From assembly GCA_017553685.1 (NCBI GenBank), contig JAFZKH010000009.1, positions 144,479 to 208,478 on the forward strand: 64,000 nucleotides of DNA, given 5' to 3'. The notes under the pieces were generated by a model, which was not told where the DNA came from, ran no database searches, and worked only from the letters and a program-made list of their open reading frames with translations. The stretch comes from Bacilli bacterium. Lineage in GTDB: Bacteria > Bacillota_I > Bacilli_A > RF39 > UBA660. Position numbers and translations under genes: made by a program. Of this stretch, positions 63,501-64,000 are shown piece after piece. How positions within the stretch are numbered: the first letter of the stretch is position 1; each line of letters begins with the position of its first letter.

Positions 63501-64000
63501 CTATATTGAATTATTCTTTTTATTACTATAACTATATGTAATGATATCCCCATCATTTAATCTAGTAATACTAATACCAGTATCTAATTCAAATTTCTCA
63601 GTTTTAGCTTTCATTTCATCACTTGCTTTTTGAAAATGAGGATATACATAGATATCTATTAAACCTAGGCCAGCATATGAATCAAGAATTACATCATATT
63701 TTGGTTTTGTTCCTCTTTTTAAATCATATGCATATTTAACATCATTTGCTAAGATCATAGAACCAGCACTTTCTCCTATATATATTCCTGTTTCTAGAAA
63801 TTTAACTAAATAATCCTTAAATCTTGTATTCTTATTTAATTCAATTAAATGAGTAATGTTTCCACCAAGACCATAAATAATGTCATAATCTAGAATCATT
63901 TCTACATTATCGCTATTTAAATCAACCACATCTGCTTGAGTTGCTCCTGCCTTCAAAAAGTTTTCTCTAACATTTTCTCTAGCAACATAATTACCTGTTC
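63501..64000 (-). CDS. peptidase S51 (dipeptidase E/cyanophycinase-like), 5'-truncated by window edge
   Basis: 'GGN' and 'GESAGS' nucleophile-elbow motifs. The ORF continues past position 64000. Confidence 0.6.
   Translation of the reverse strand, partial: TGNYVARENVRENFLKAGATQADVVDLNSDNVEMILDYDIIYGLGGNITHLIELNKNTRFKDYLVKFLETGIYIGESAGSMILANDVKYAYDLKRGTKPKYDVILDSYAGLGLIDIYVYPHFQKASDEMKAKTEKFELDTGISITRLNDGDIITYSYSNKKNNSI

Overview
This is a very AT-rich (roughly 25-28% GC) stretch of Firmicutes chromosome, with all but one gene on the minus strand. It carries two conserved housekeeping arrays. The first is secE-nusG-rplK-rplA-rplJ-rplL ... rpoB-rpoC ... rpsL-rpsG-fusA-tuf, read right to left from about 61 kb to 36 kb. 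The second is eno-secG-rnr-smpB-ssrA (tmRNA), from about 16.2 kb to 11.7 kb. Three accessory blocks interrupt them.
(1) 1.3-11.7 kb, directly abutting the 3' end of ssrA: a large serine recombinase, an operon pairing a Listeria-Bacteroides-repeat (Flg_new) secreted protein with a sortase-B-like protein that has no catalytic His or Cys, an AAA ATPase/small-protein pair, and a structured non-coding region.
(2) 16.3-36.1 kb, between eno and tuf: a 4840-aa giant surface protein with Flg_new, FN3, beta-helix and a glycine-rich (ALK/LTK-like) domain, then two tandem paralogous membrane-anchored repeat proteins and a divergent FemAB-family gene.
(3) Extra genes inside normally compact core intervals. 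In the rplL-rpoB interval these are a KilA-N protein, a Cthe_2159-like beta-helix protein, small secreted proteins and a ybxB-like methyltransferase. Between rpoC and rpsL they are a Doc/Fic-like protein with a degenerate motif, tilS, ftsH and a DapB-like gene.
No rRNA, tRNA or CRISPR was found; the only RNA gene identified is tmRNA.
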